A DNA stretch of 64,000 bases from a virus. The notes below the pieces were generated by a model that did not search any database, was not told the DNA's origin, and saw only the letters and a program-made list of their open reading frames with translations. Shown piece after piece: positions 47,028 through 58,267 of the stretch. Location: IMG/VR virus record IMGVR_UViG_3300035490_000050, positions 64,001 through 128,000 of that record; one strand, given 5' to 3'. Numbering within the stretch: the first letter of the stretch is position 1; the number at the start of each line of letters is the position of its first letter. A program made the translations under genes and the position numbers.

Positions 47028-47235
47028 TCTGTTTCCTCGCTTCTAAAAGTCTGCGGCAGTGACGTATTCTCCGCTGTCCCGAATCCGTGCAGCAATGCTC
47101 CCCTACCTCAGCACCGCAGGATTTGAGCGGACAGGCTACAGAAAGTGCTTCTAAATCCTCTCGGTCCATACGTGCATTAAACTCGTTGATTCCTTCTTCG
47201 TCTGTGCATAGTGCGGAATGTCTCAATGTGCGCTC

Positions 47236-49113
47236 CTAATCGTTGTTGTAAGGCATTCGCGGTTGAACCTCAGTTGAAGATTTAACGCGCCCGTTACCAT
47301 TTCCATTGCCATTATTATGCCTCTCGATTTTCTCTACCAATAGAATCCGGGATTGATTTTTGTCGTCCGATTGCCAATACTTCACTGAGCGTGGAGCTAT
47401 TAACCCCTGAGCTTTGGTTTTTATGGTCACTGTCTTCAAAGATTCATCTATGGGGTCTTGTTCGAGTTTACAGATGAAGTCTGCCCAACCCTCAATCGTT
47501 GTAGAACCACGCGAGTTTCCTGTACGCCCAAGGTGATGAATAACACATATCTGAGAACCAGACAATGCTGCCAGTTCATCAAATTTTATCATCACTTTGG
47601 TCATATCGTCAGTAGAATTTTCATTTTGGAAATGCAGCCTATTCAACACATCGACTACACAGAATTCTACTCTTCCCGCCTTTAACCATTGCGCCATCTC
47701 CTCAAGTTCTTTTTGTGAGTCAATATGAAAACTGGAAGACTGTTTCACGGTATTCACAAGGATGTACGGATTTACTTGCTCAAGACTCAAACCTCTACCT
47801 GCCGCAAGTTGTGTAAGTCTTCTCTTGACTAACTCTGGCCCATCCTCTCTGCTGATAATAGCCGTCCTGATTGGATGATTGGAAGGCTCTACACCAAGGA
47901 ATCTAGTTTGCGATGCAAGGGACACACACATATCGAGGAATAGAAGCGACTTCCCAACCTTCGGCGGAGCAACAACCAAGCCGCGTTGCCCACGCTCAAT
48001 CAACCCATCTACTAGCCAATCAACCTGTGGCTTTGTTTCTCTTCCTGTTAGCTCGACAGGATGAACTAACACCACACGAGGTTCGTTCCTGTCTCCTACT
48101 TTTGTTTCCTTTGGTTTCGCAACCTCCCACTTCTTTAAGCTAGTCTCCATCAGTTTAATCAAATCTTCTATCGTGTGATCTTTGAGATAATCTGAAATGT
48201 CCTCTTTCTCTCCAACAGGTAATTCTAGCGTGTAGAGTTGCAGAGCATACTTGGCAACGTCTTTGCATACAGCGGCGTCATGTAGGCGACCAGGAGCATC
48301 GTTATCGCCGAGTTTAACTACCACTTTCCCGGTGAAGTATTTTCCGTATTCGTATTCCAGCTTCCATCCTGACGAACCTCCCATGTTCGTTGTAACACCT
48401 ACGCGGTCAAGAAGTAGGTTTGCAATCTTAAAACCGTTTGTGCGTGAGATGTAGAGCGCCAACGCACGGCTCAGGTTATTTACGTCTTTCTCGCCTTCTA
48501 CCACAAAGCAGAAACTAGACTGGATAATGTCTGGAAGCCTGTACAGGACTCTCCGAACATCCTTGGCACCCCATACCCTACCATCCACGCAACCAGCCTC
48601 ACATTCGGCGTCAGGATTCCTTTGGCAAGCACAGGCGTGATCTGGCGGCGTTACCTTATTCCCGCTGCGGTCTACGAACCTCCAAACGCGATACAATTCC
48701 CTTCCTAGTTCATCTTGATAAACGTAGTAATCCTGCGCTTGCTTGCGATCCCATCCGGTTCCTTTTGCCTTATTCGGAATGTCTTCTTGGTAAACCCTGC
48801 TGACGAACGGTGTTCCTAGCACCGTATGAATCGACTCAGTGACCTTCCCTGCCTCCGGCGCTTGACCTGAATTGCTTTCATGGCGGAGAAGTACCTGTTC
48901 AAAAGAATAAATCCCTCCGCCTTTTTCTTGGCATGAAAAACAACAAAACCCTCCAGTCGCAATATCTACCCAAAGCGAATTAGGATTATCCCCGCCATGC
49001 AGGATACACCGCGACCTCCACTCGTTTCCCTTGACGTGATGAAATCCTGCACGGTCAAGCCGGATGCGGTAATACTGCTCGATTTCGGATTGAGTAAACT
49101 GACTAAGAGACAT
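47236..49113 (-). CDS. Primase-helicase (Zn finger, TOPRIM, RepA-type AAA)
   Basis: CILH..CFSC; VVEGEKD..DNDAPG; APPKVGKS, VVD, IHH..RGS. Confidence 0.9.
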   Translation of the reverse strand: MSLSQFTQSEIEQYYRIRLDRAGFHHVKGNEWRSRCILHGGDNPNSLWVDIATGGFCCFSCQEKGGGIYSFEQVLLRHESNSGQAPEAGKVTESIHTVLGTPFVSRVYQEDIPNKAKGTGWDRKQAQDYYVYQDELGRELYRVWRFVDRSGNKVTPPDHACACQRNPDAECEAGCVDGRVWGAKDVRRVLYRLPDIIQSSFCFVVEGEKDVNNLSRALALYISRTNGFKIANLLLDRVGVTTNMGGSSGWKLEYEYGKYFTGKVVVKLGDNDAPGRLHDAAVCKDVAKYALQLYTLELPVGEKEDISDYLKDHTIEDLIKLMETSLKKWEVAKPKETKVGDRNEPRVVLVHPVELTGRETKPQVDWLVDGLIERGQRGLVVAPPKVGKSLLFLDMCVSLASQTRFLGVEPSNHPIRTAIISREDGPELVKRRLTQLAAGRGLSLEQVNPYILVNTVKQSSSFHIDSQKELEEMAQWLKAGRVEFCVVDVLNRLHFQNENSTDDMTKVMIKFDELAALSGSQICVIHHLGRTGNSRGSTTIEGWADFICKLEQDPIDESLKTVTIKTKAQGLIAPRSVKYWQSDDKNQSRILLVEKIERHNNGNGNGNGRVKSSTEVQPRMPYNND

Positions 49114-49942
49114 GAATCCCTGTGTCTTTCCAGAACTCCTGTGGCGAAACTTCCACAATGTCGTATTGCGGCGGCGGCTTCAAATCGTCATCTTCGTATC
49201 GCCCTTGATTAAACCAAGTAGCCGGGTGAGGAATAAATTCCTTTTCTAGTTTTCCATCAGCAATTCTCTTTGCCGTCTGAGCAGCGTAAGCCTGTACGAT
49301 GGGAAGGAGTACATCAAAAGGTTTTTCTTTTAATGCCTTTTCGATTGCCTTACGCGCTGCTTTTGGAGCGGTGTGACGGGGGTAGGCTTTATAAAGAGCA
49401 TCAATTTCTTCGCCTGTAGATGCTGTTTGTTTTTTTGTATTTGTTAATGTACCTGTTATTGTGTTGGCAGAGCGTGACGGTGTGCCATTAGTCACCGTAT
49501 GGTCACCGTCTTGATTGTCTTCGGTGACTGTAGAAAATAAACGCGGTGACCGTATTTCTGTGGTTTTTATTGCCGCAGCCTTTCTTGCTTCAAATATTCT
49601 TTTTGCTTCTCTCCATTCTTCATAGCAGACGCTATTCCGCAATCTTCCATTGCCGCTTACAGGAAAAAATTTACGCAAAATACGAGCGCCGCATTTTTCC
49701 CAAAGATCATCGCCAAGTCCGCTAGTTTCTGCTAAATCGAGAGGATCGGAAGAAATCGTACAATCTTCGCTTTGCCATGAAGCCATCAAAAGGCGAAGGT
49801 ATCCCATCTGGGCGGATGGAGACATGGCTTGAACAGCAGGACTACCTAAGAAGCGGTCAATATGGAGCGGCATCCATTGTTGCCATTTTGCGGACAAAAT
49901 ATTCCCCCTTTTCCCTAATGACAGGGAAATCCTCATAGCCAA
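49103..49942 (-). CDS. Phage replication initiator-like protein (DUF1376/YdaU-like N-terminus); start uncertain
   Basis: WMPLHIDRFL..GYLRLL..W; YPR..PHPATWFNQGRYED. Confidence 0.8.
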   Translation of the reverse strand: MAMRISLSLGKRGNILSAKWQQWMPLHIDRFLGSPAVQAMSPSAQMGYLRLLMASWQSEDCTISSDPLDLAETSGLGDDLWEKCGARILRKFFPVSGNGRLRNSVCYEEWREAKRIFEARKAAAIKTTEIRSPRLFSTVTEDNQDGDHTVTNGTPSRSANTITGTLTNTKKQTASTGEEIDALYKAYPRHTAPKAARKAIEKALKEKPFDVLLPIVQAYAAQTAKRIADGKLEKEFIPHPATWFNQGRYEDDDLKPPPQYDIVEVSPQEFWKDTGIHVS

Positions 49943-50830
49943 AATTCCGCAGCCGTTGAAAAGGTATCCGAACAGCGCCGTTCTATCTTGAAGGTGGTTG
50001 GGGCCAGTCTGGGCAACCGGCCCCCAGACCTGTTCGGATAGAGGGCATCCAAGGGAGCTACCCCGGACATCACCACCCTATCGAATCCTCTGCGGTTTGT
50101 CAAGAACTTTTTTTGCGCAAAATTTCTCACAAGTCTTTTGCTTTCATATTCCTGCGCCTTTATGCGTTCTGTAAGCGCCGCTAGGAATATCGTTTTTGTA
50201 GGTGTAATTGATTTTCGCAAACCATAGAAAACAAAGGATGATAAAAATAATTCAATTCCATGCTTGACAAAGGCGGAAACAGGGTATACCGTAATCACAA
50301 TCGACCGGGAGGGAGAGAAATGCCAGAATACCTGAAAGCGTTTCTATCGGGCCTGACGCCGGAGCAGGCGGATGAGGTGTGGCTGTGGTTTGACGGAAAC
50401 CCTAATGCGGTAGGAGAGATGATCGAAGTGGTAGCTCCTATCGCGCAGCCGGAAGAAGTGCCGTTTAGCGAGAAAATCGCGCTGGGGTAATAGTAGGGGA
50501 GAACGAGGATGCCAAAGGAAGAATGGCTTACTTATGAGCGGGAGTGGAGTGGGTCTGTAATGCGGGTCACTCAATTAAGCACAGAGCCGCGTCCACGCAC
50601 AGGATTCAGCCAGCCGCCGCGTCCGGCAACCAAGGTTGAGATCACAGAAGAAAAGGCGAAGCGGGCGAAACGAGAGCAAGATCGTGTTCTGCGGGCGAAA
50701 TTTGAGGAGCGGCAGGATTATAAGGATGCCAAAGCAATCCACGACATTCTTGAGTGGATGGAACCTAACAGCCATCCTCTTGACCGCCTTACGCCTGCTG
50801 AGTGGGCAGAACTGAGACGGAGGTTGACCG

Positions 50831-51274
50831 ATGGCCGCTGATTTACATATTCACATCTACGAGGGAATCACGGAAGCCGATCTAGCAGACTTCAATTCCA
50901 ATGTCATAGGGTCAAAGTGGTTTGCTGGGTTTGGACTGATACCTCGTGGAAAAAGGACTTACGAGGAACAGTTTGGTCCGGGGTCTGTCCATCAACGCAT
51001 CACTGATACTCCTAACGTTTGGGTAGGAGAGGTTAGCTGGCTCAAGGCAAAACTAACAGGAGACAATGAATCATTTATTCCTGACGTAGTAGGGAAAATC
51101 AACGAACTAATCGGTGAGGATTTGCCAGTCATCGACGATGATTTTCTGGACAAGGTTCGTGCGATTTATGCAGCAGCAAAGGAGCATGAGCATTACGGCG
51201 TAGCAGCGGAAAAAGACGTACTCCCGTTCTTGGAAGCAAACAAAGGCAAACAGGTATTCACGATTTCGTGGTGA
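50831..51274 (+). CDS. Hypothetical phage protein
   Basis: GGAGG RBS; coupled gene string. Confidence 0.65.
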   Translation: MAADLHIHIYEGITEADLADFNSNVIGSKWFAGFGLIPRGKRTYEEQFGPGSVHQRITDTPNVWVGEVSWLKAKLTGDNESFIPDVVGKINELIGEDLPVIDDDFLDKVRAIYAAAKEHEHYGVAAEKDVLPFLEANKGKQVFTISW

Positions 51275-51627
51275 CGGAGGTTGACGGCATGAATTTCGGA
51301 GAGTGGGCAAAGAGCCAAGAGGCGGCAGGATTAGCGGAAGTTCACACGCTTACCGAACTCCAGTACGCGGAGATCGGTGAAGGACCGTGGAAAATCTACT
51401 GTTACCAACGTGACGGTTATCACAGCGGAGGCATGTGGTTTCGCAAAGGACCGATGAAATATCCTGACGAGGAAATCACACTGTCCGAAGCTAAACGGCG
51501 TTCTGATGCTTATATAGCCAAAGGACTCGAAGTGAAAGTCTGCGACGGCGGGGATATGCTGGTATTCCATTCAGTGAACGGCGCTGTGGTCTACGGTGAG
51601 GGATTTTGGGAGGCGGTGACGGCATGA
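51268..51627 (+). CDS. Hypothetical phage protein
   Basis: Coupled ORF. Confidence 0.55.
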   Translation: MVTEVDGMNFGEWAKSQEAAGLAEVHTLTELQYAEIGEGPWKIYCYQRDGYHSGGMWFRKGPMKYPDEEITLSEAKRRSDAYIAKGLEVKVCDGGDMLVFHSVNGAVVYGEGFWEAVTA

Positions 51628-51929
51628 GCGAACCTAAGTTCACACAAGGGCCGTGGGTGGCAAAAGATCACAACGGTTGCCAATGGGAAATATCTGTCGC
51701 TGGCGAGAGGTTCCATTTTATCGCTATCACATCTCAAGGCAACGATGAAGCCAACGCTCACCTTATCGCCGCAGGACCGGATATGTACGTTGCTCTTGAG
51801 CAGTTAATTGACGACGAACCATGCCAGTACGATCACCATGGAAACTGTCAAGCGCATAACCTTGGAAATCCTTGCGGCGTAGCCATGGCAATAAAAGCGT
51901 TGGCTAAAGCGCGAGGAGAGGTAAAATAA
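51606..51929 (+). CDS. Phage protein (TxGPW..ANAxLIAA motif)
   Basis: FTQGPW..EANAHLIAAGPDM. Confidence 0.7.
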   Translation: MGGGDGMSEPKFTQGPWVAKDHNGCQWEISVAGERFHFIAITSQGNDEANAHLIAAGPDMYVALEQLIDDEPCQYDHHGNCQAHNLGNPCGVAMAIKALAKARGEVK

Positions 51930-52564
51930 CTGCATGGGATTAGGATCAGCACCTACGTGTGATTTCCCCGGTTGCACAGCCCAGCGCCGAGAGGTAAATA
52001 ATTGGTATGTAGTCCTTCCTGAATCCTCTGGCGTTCATGTGTACCACTGGGATGAGTGTCCTCAAAAGGCAATGAAAGAGGGAAAGCATTTATGCGGGAT
52101 AGGACACATGATGCAGACGGTGAGCAACCTGATGACGCCTGACACAACCGTGGCAAATCGGGAATCGACTTTGGAATTAAAGCCGCCGCTGACTAGGGAA
52201 GGGACCGTACCAGCAGCCAAGGAACAGGAAACGACGGGAGAGAAAGAGAATGACACTATTAGATCACTTGAGGTTCCAACATCCCAATCTGATGAAGCAG
52301 TTTGACAGAGCACCTTGGGATTTCAAAATCTTTGGGCCTATGGGGATGGATGATGACGCAAGCGTAGCCGTTTACCTATATTTTGGGAGAAAGCGGTGTA
52401 CGAGAACGGCGATTATTGATATGCCTTTAGGCGGTCCATCGACTATTCGGGAAGACAAACCCGGCAATCCAAGAGGATGGGCCGCAAGTGAGAAATTAAG
52501 GCAATTAGAGCAGGAGTAGTGGAACATTTTGAAACCACACCGGGAGAACCGGAAAAGGAGCAGC

Positions 52565-53746
52565 ATGGCGAACGAGGAATACCTTCCACCAGAGAATGAA
52601 TCAAATTTGGAGATTATTGACTCATCTCCTTCGACATTAGCGATTATCACACAGTCGGAATATGCGGCCATGGTTGCCACAGCAAACCTTCCAGCGAACA
52701 GGAGAAACATTACCACTTTTCAAAAGCAACTCATGTCCTACGCAACCCATTCTCAGCCTGTTGCACTGAGCATGTTTTATACGCTTCCCCGCGCAGGAAA
52801 GCAGATTGTCGGACCAGGAGTTCGCTTTGCTGAGATTGTGGCTCCAACATGGAGAAACACGTCCACAGCAACAAGGATTTTTGGAAGCACAGACGACACT
52901 ATTACCGCGCAAGGCGTGTTTCTTGACTACGAGTTTAATAACAAGAACGCCAAAGAGGTTCCTCGCCGGATCACAGACAAAGAAGGCCGGAAGTTCAATG
53001 CCGATATGATCCTAACGACCGGAAAGGCTGCGTTGAGCATTGCTTACCGCGATGCAGTTCTCAAAGGCGGCGTTCCGATGGCTCTTTGGGACCCAGCCTA
53101 CCAACAAGCGAAGCTGACCGCCGTAGGACAAGCTGTAAGCCATTCACAGCGCATCGACGCGGCTATGGAGTACCTGACGAAGCTGGGCGTGAGCGAGTGG
53201 CAGATCATGAACGCGGTAGGAGTCACTTCGCCAAAGGAACTGGAGATCGACCACCTTGTCACCCTGAAAGCTCTCTGTGAGGAGATTAAGAAGGGCGTCA
53301 GGACGATTGAAGAGGTATTCGGTTCTCCATTTGACAAGGAGATTGAATCTCTGTTTACTCAACTCGGCAAGAACGAGACAGAGAAGCGTCTTCTCAAGAA
53401 CTCATACATGGGACGGGCGAAGGAGTTGCTTGAGTACCTACGTGGACGCCTAGCGCCGACAGGACAGACAGTAGCCAAGACGGAAACGAAGGCAACTGAG
53501 AAGCCAGCGGAGCAAGCAACACAGCAAGCATCGCAAGCAGAGGTCAAGACTGAGCAAGCAAAGACCGAGACGCCGCAGGAAACGGAAGTGAAGCGCGGTC
53601 GTGGACGGCCAAAGAAGATCGACTCAGCGCCAGAGGAGAAGCCTGAGCCGCAACAGGAAACACAAGAAACCAAGCCCGCGCAGGACGAGAAACCGGCACA
53701 GCAAGCGGAACCAGGGCGACCGAAGACGTTGAACTTGGAATTTTAG
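52565..53746 (+). CDS. Conserved phage protein, possibly recombination-related
   Basis: FYTLPRAGKQIVGPGVRFAEI..WRN; C-terminal AT-hook KRGRGRPKK. Confidence 0.65.
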   Translation: MANEEYLPPENESNLEIIDSSPSTLAIITQSEYAAMVATANLPANRRNITTFQKQLMSYATHSQPVALSMFYTLPRAGKQIVGPGVRFAEIVAPTWRNTSTATRIFGSTDDTITAQGVFLDYEFNNKNAKEVPRRITDKEGRKFNADMILTTGKAALSIAYRDAVLKGGVPMALWDPAYQQAKLTAVGQAVSHSQRIDAAMEYLTKLGVSEWQIMNAVGVTSPKELEIDHLVTLKALCEEIKKGVRTIEEVFGSPFDKEIESLFTQLGKNETEKRLLKNSYMGRAKELLEYLRGRLAPTGQTVAKTETKATEKPAEQATQQASQAEVKTEQAKTETPQETEVKRGRGRPKKIDSAPEEKPEPQQETQETKPAQDEKPAQQAEPGRPKTLNLEF

Positions 53747-54168
53747 ACCTTTCGGCAGCTAGGGGAGTTGTCGAGAGTGCGCGGCGTGTCCCTCTAAGGC
53801 ACATCGGGTCGCGTCCGGGCGAAGTCTCAGCATCCGAGCGCCGCGCATCAACACATTGGGAGAGGGACAATGAAAATCATCGGAACTATAGGAGACGGGA
53901 ATTTTCTCGTTGAGGCGACTTTTCGAGAGATTGACTACCTAGCAGGTCGAACAGTAGGTTCACAGCAAGGGTACTACTCAAGCGACCGTAAGATTCAAAC
54001 CGGAACGACCTTCAATATCGTCAAAGCCTTCGATCAGATTCACCGCAATAACCAACGTAAGAGTGAGGTTGAGAGTCTTCGTGCCACGCTCAAGGCTATT
54101 CTGGTAGGACTCGACATGATTGAGCCTTTGATTGAGGAACCGAAGGTAGAGGGAACGGAGACTTCTGA

Positions 54169-55218
54169 GTGAGCGAACTACAACTCATCTACGACAAGCT
54201 AGACGGAGCCTGCTGCCCAGAGGATGTGTTTGGTTCTGGCGACGATCCAGCAATAGTCTTTCGTAAACTTGCTCGTGCTTGCCATCCAGATCACAATCCT
54301 ACGGAGCCTATCGCAAAGAAGGCTTTTCAAAAACTCAACGAACTCAAGCAAATAGCCGATGAGAGAGTGAGGAAAGGAATATGGGGCAAGAGAGTACCTT
54401 TACCTCACTGTGTCCCTCTGGAGATCGGCAAGTACAAAGCCAAGCCTCATCCGCATATAGGAGACATAGCAGACCTTTACACGGTTGAAGGCGGAAAGAT
54501 TCTGGTAAAGGTTGCTCGCTCTCACGACGACAATGATCTTCTACGCGCAGAAGTCAATGCGCTCAAGATTCTGGCAAAGATTGATGGTCCTGTCCGAGAC
54601 GGTGTTCCTGAGTTGGTAGGCAACTTTTGGGTAGAGGGACTGTGGAAGCGAGAGGCGAATGTTATTACTCGCTTCCCTGGGTTCGTGACGGCTCAGGAAG
54701 TTCATGCAAAGTTTGGAGACAACACAGTAGAGAAGAAGACTGGAGTGTGGATGTTTAAGAGAATCCTAACTCTTCTTACCTGGGTTCATCATTTCAAGAT
54801 CATTCATGGAGCCATCCTTCCGCCTCACGTTTTATTTTATCCAGACAATGACGGAAACACGATAACAAAAGACTCAAGAAAACATTCGATCAGGCTCGTG
54901 GATTGGTGCTATAGTGTTGACTATACCCAGAGGACGAGACTTTCTTCGTGGGTTCCTGCGTGGCAAGATCACTATGCTCCAGAATTGCTTTCAAAGAAGT
55001 ACATTGGGCCACCATCCGACATCTACATGGCAGCGCGGTTAATGACATATCTGTGCGGAACCTTGTGGCTGCCGGAGTTAGGAAAAGTTCTATCGAAGTG
55101 TCTTGATGAAAATCCAGATAAGCGTTACCAGAAAGCCGGTGATGTTCTTGAGGATTGGAAGCAAGCTGCTGCTAAGGGGTACGGCTCCCCTAAGTGGGTT
55201 GAATTTAACTTGCCGTAA
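54169..55218 (+). CDS. J-domain plus kinase-like protein
   Basis: FRKLARACHPD; VKVA..E, IIHGAILPPHVL, LVDW, APE, SDIYM. Confidence 0.8.
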   Translation: MSELQLIYDKLDGACCPEDVFGSGDDPAIVFRKLARACHPDHNPTEPIAKKAFQKLNELKQIADERVRKGIWGKRVPLPHCVPLEIGKYKAKPHPHIGDIADLYTVEGGKILVKVARSHDDNDLLRAEVNALKILAKIDGPVRDGVPELVGNFWVEGLWKREANVITRFPGFVTAQEVHAKFGDNTVEKKTGVWMFKRILTLLTWVHHFKIIHGAILPPHVLFYPDNDGNTITKDSRKHSIRLVDWCYSVDYTQRTRLSSWVPAWQDHYAPELLSKKYIGPPSDIYMAARLMTYLCGTLWLPELGKVLSKCLDENPDKRYQKAGDVLEDWKQAAAKGYGSPKWVEFNLP

Positions 55219-55235
55219 AGAAAAGGAGACAAACG

Positions 55236-56180
55236 ATGGGCGGGGGAGCCTGGGATAGCGGTGCATATCATTCGTCAGCAACCACTCGTAAGGCAACCGG
55301 CGTAGCCGATTTTGCCTATACCAAAACAGCAACGTCAGTTCACACGAACCTTGACCCGCTGAGGATCAATAGCAAGCCTTTCGGAAAACTCGAAGCGCGT
55401 GACTCGACAGAGCATCCACAATCCAACCCTGTACTAGTTTGCTTTGACGTGACAGGCTCGAACTATGAGCGAGCAGTGGACGCGCAGAAGCGTTTGCCTA
55501 ACCTGATGGAACTGCTCAACAAGTACCTGACTGATCCGCAAGTTGCGGTTGCGGCGAATGATGACTACAACTATGCGGGGTCCAACTGTGTTCAGCTTTC
55601 AGACTTCGAGAGTGACAACCGCGTAGACGATCACATTCGCAACATCTATCTGGTCTGTCTTGGAGGCGGCAATGATGGTGAGTCTTACGATCTGCTGCTC
55701 TACGCGGCAGCGCGGAAGATGGTGCTTGATTCTGTCGAGAAACGTGGGAAAAAGGGCTATATGTTCCTGTATGCCGATGAGCCAATCTTCACCCATGTTC
55801 AAGCGAAGGAAGTGAAGGCGATCTTCGGCGATACCATCGAAAAAGATATTCCTATCGCGGAGATCATCGAAGAGGCCCGCAGGAACTTCAATATCTTCGT
55901 GATCTGGCCGGATGGTGGATACCGTCATGCTCGTGAGCAGTACGTCAGACTGTTTGGCGAGGAATCTGTGCTAACCAGCCAGCATCCAAATCTGCTTTGC
56001 GAGTTGATTGCTTCGACTATTGGCCTGTATGAGTCCAAGGCAACTCCGGCGTCGGTGGTCACTGACCTTGTGGCTATCGGCGTAGGAGATAGCGAAGCCA
56101 AGGCTCTAGTCAAGTCAATGAAGCATGTTACCACTGACTCACTGGCTACGTCTGGAGCGGGGAAGGCGGCAAGGCTGTGA
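55236..56180 (+). CDS. vWA-like protein
   Basis: MGGGAW..FDVTGS..GGGNDGESY..YADE. Confidence 0.8.
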   Translation: MGGGAWDSGAYHSSATTRKATGVADFAYTKTATSVHTNLDPLRINSKPFGKLEARDSTEHPQSNPVLVCFDVTGSNYERAVDAQKRLPNLMELLNKYLTDPQVAVAANDDYNYAGSNCVQLSDFESDNRVDDHIRNIYLVCLGGGNDGESYDLLLYAAARKMVLDSVEKRGKKGYMFLYADEPIFTHVQAKEVKAIFGDTIEKDIPIAEIIEEARRNFNIFVIWPDGGYRHAREQYVRLFGEESVLTSQHPNLLCELIASTIGLYESKATPASVVTDLVAIGVGDSEAKALVKSMKHVTTDSLATSGAGKAARL

Positions 56181-57298
56181 GAGCAATCTCTGTAGCCGGG
56201 TTAGGTTTCGGCGACGAGTCCAAAGGGGCTACGGTGGATGCACTCTGCCGTAGCCTTCCAGTGGACTTAATCGTGCGGCATGGGGGTGGATCGCAATGCG
56301 CTCATAACGTGATTACCCCCGAAGGCGTACATCATACCTTTTCCCAGTTCGGCTCTGGAATGATGGCGAACGATCAAGTTAGGACGCATTTATCACGTTT
56401 TATGCTTATCGATCCAATTACCATGTTGAACGAGGCGGATGAGTTAGCCAAGAAAACTCCTGGCTGGTGGAGAAGATTGACCATATCCGCCAGATGTGTT
56501 GTTATTACACCTTTTCACAAGCGTCTCAACCGGCTTAGAGAGACGGCGCGTGGTACGGGACGGCATGGAAGTTGTGGGATGGGAGTTGGGGTGGCGCGAG
56601 AGTTTGAATTGAAATACGGGCGCGATAATGTGCTCTGCGCGGAGGATATTTACGATTGGGTGGACCTGCGAGAGAAATTGAAATTTCAGAAAAACCTTGT
56701 TCAAAAAGAAATGGGAGTAGAGGCTACCTCTGATCTAAATATTGAAGATATAAAGGTTGGGTATGATCGCTGGAAGGCATTTGTTCGTTTAGTACCGGAG
56801 GACAGTTCAATCATTGGCGAATCGAGGTGCATGGTTTTCGAGGGAGCGCAGGGAGTAATGCTGGACGAAAAGCACGGTACTGCTCCGCACAACACATGGA
56901 CGAACACTACCTTTGAGAACGCCGATACGCTGCTTGACGAGATCGGTTGTACGGACAGAATGAGGATTGGATGCCTGAGAACGTACTACACTCGTCACGG
57001 AGTAGGACCATTTCCGACCGAAGATAACACTCTTGATCTTCCTGAGCCGCACAATGGAAACGACGGATTCCAAGGTAAGTTCCGCGTAGGACGCTTTGAC
57101 TTCACTTTGGCTAAACAAGCACTAAGCATTGTTGGCGGGGTGGATGTATTGGCTTTGAGTCATCTCGACTACCTACCCCGCTTAGGATGGCAGGAACGAG
57201 TGTTTATTGATCGGGTCAGTGAACTCGCTCCTGTTGTTATGCAAGGGAGAGGCCCGACAGCGGCGCACAGGACAATCAATATGGAGGTAACGGCATGA
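56177..57298 (+). CDS. Adenylosuccinate synthetase-like protein
   Basis: GFGDESKG, HGSCGMG, FEGAQG.MLD, TRHG.GPFPTE. Confidence 0.88.
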   Translation: MRAISVAGLGFGDESKGATVDALCRSLPVDLIVRHGGGSQCAHNVITPEGVHHTFSQFGSGMMANDQVRTHLSRFMLIDPITMLNEADELAKKTPGWWRRLTISARCVVITPFHKRLNRLRETARGTGRHGSCGMGVGVAREFELKYGRDNVLCAEDIYDWVDLREKLKFQKNLVQKEMGVEATSDLNIEDIKVGYDRWKAFVRLVPEDSSIIGESRCMVFEGAQGVMLDEKHGTAPHNTWTNTTFENADTLLDEIGCTDRMRIGCLRTYYTRHGVGPFPTEDNTLDLPEPHNGNDGFQGKFRVGRFDFTLAKQALSIVGGVDVLALSHLDYLPRLGWQERVFIDRVSELAPVVMQGRGPTAAHRTINMEVTA

Positions 57299-57709
57299 AG
57301 AGAGGAAAGAATAAAGGCAAGAGCGGTGCCATCAAAACGGTTGAAGACTTGAGAAGGATAGGTGAGGCACGTATCCTTAACGAAAAGATAGAGCAATCGA
57401 ACAACCGTCACAAGTTGATGGCGAAGTTGGACCCGAAGACGGCGGAATTTACCCGACGTGAGTTTGCCAGATTAGGACTATTTTAGGAGGTACCAGCATG
57501 GTATTCGTAAAGAAGCGGCGTACATTTCGTAAGCCGAAGGATATACTAACTCTTGCGCTCAAGAGCCTATGGGCTGGAGAGGAATTGCTCTGCACGTCAC
57601 GCACCTATGGAAACATACGTGAGCGTGTGGATGCGTTTTCCGTGTCGCACAAGGACCGGAGACTGGCTACGATTTCATGGGGCGAGATAAAGAAGATTAG
57701 GAGGGTTGC

Positions 57710-58267
57710 GTGACTATAGCAGTCGAGCAGGAATTCAAAAACGTAACTAGTGTGCAGCACATGGGCGGCTATGCGATTCGTATTCAGATACAAGGCATAG
57801 AGCGGGAGTTTACCGAAGATGAAAAGTTTGCGATTGATAGAGCGCGAGATTCGATTGACGACGCTCTCCTGAAGGGAGAGACAGGAGCCAACCCAAAGAC
57901 GCACGAGAAAGCCGCTTGCGACAAGGCGAAGATTCTTGAATGTTTTGGTCGTCACGCTCTATATATGGAAGAGATTCCTAACGGCTATTGTAGTCGTGGA
58001 TGCTGCGCTTTTTACCCTTGGTTTATCGTGGCAACTCCGAAGGGAAGGATTAAGATTGGATGGAGAAAGAGTGTCATCCATCTTGAGTGGACGGATTCCG
58101 AAATAAAAGCTGATGCATCTGAAATCTTTCCGAAGGAAGAAGCGTGGCCGGGATACGAGACAACGCAGTACGACCATGTAATTCATGCTCACGGATACGA
58201 CGCGGCAAAGAGTTACATCGACAGGTTAATGGTTTTTGACTGCACACAGAAAGGACTGAATGCCTAA
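57710..58267 (+). CDS. Hypothetical phage protein
   Basis: EIPNGYC..PWF..GRIKIGWRK. Confidence 0.65.
   Translation: MTIAVEQEFKNVTSVQHMGGYAIRIQIQGIEREFTEDEKFAIDRARDSIDDALLKGETGANPKTHEKAACDKAKILECFGRHALYMEEIPNGYCSRGCCAFYPWFIVATPKGRIKIGWRKSVIHLEWTDSEIKADASEIFPKEEAWPGYETTQYDHVIHAHGYDAAKSYIDRLMVFDCTQKGLNA

Noticed and set aside
56177-57298. PurZ / 2-aminoadenine (Z) genome
   Set aside because: The motif is GDESKG with the PurA Asp, not the PurZ GSTGKG type; no dATPase or MazZ partner was seen
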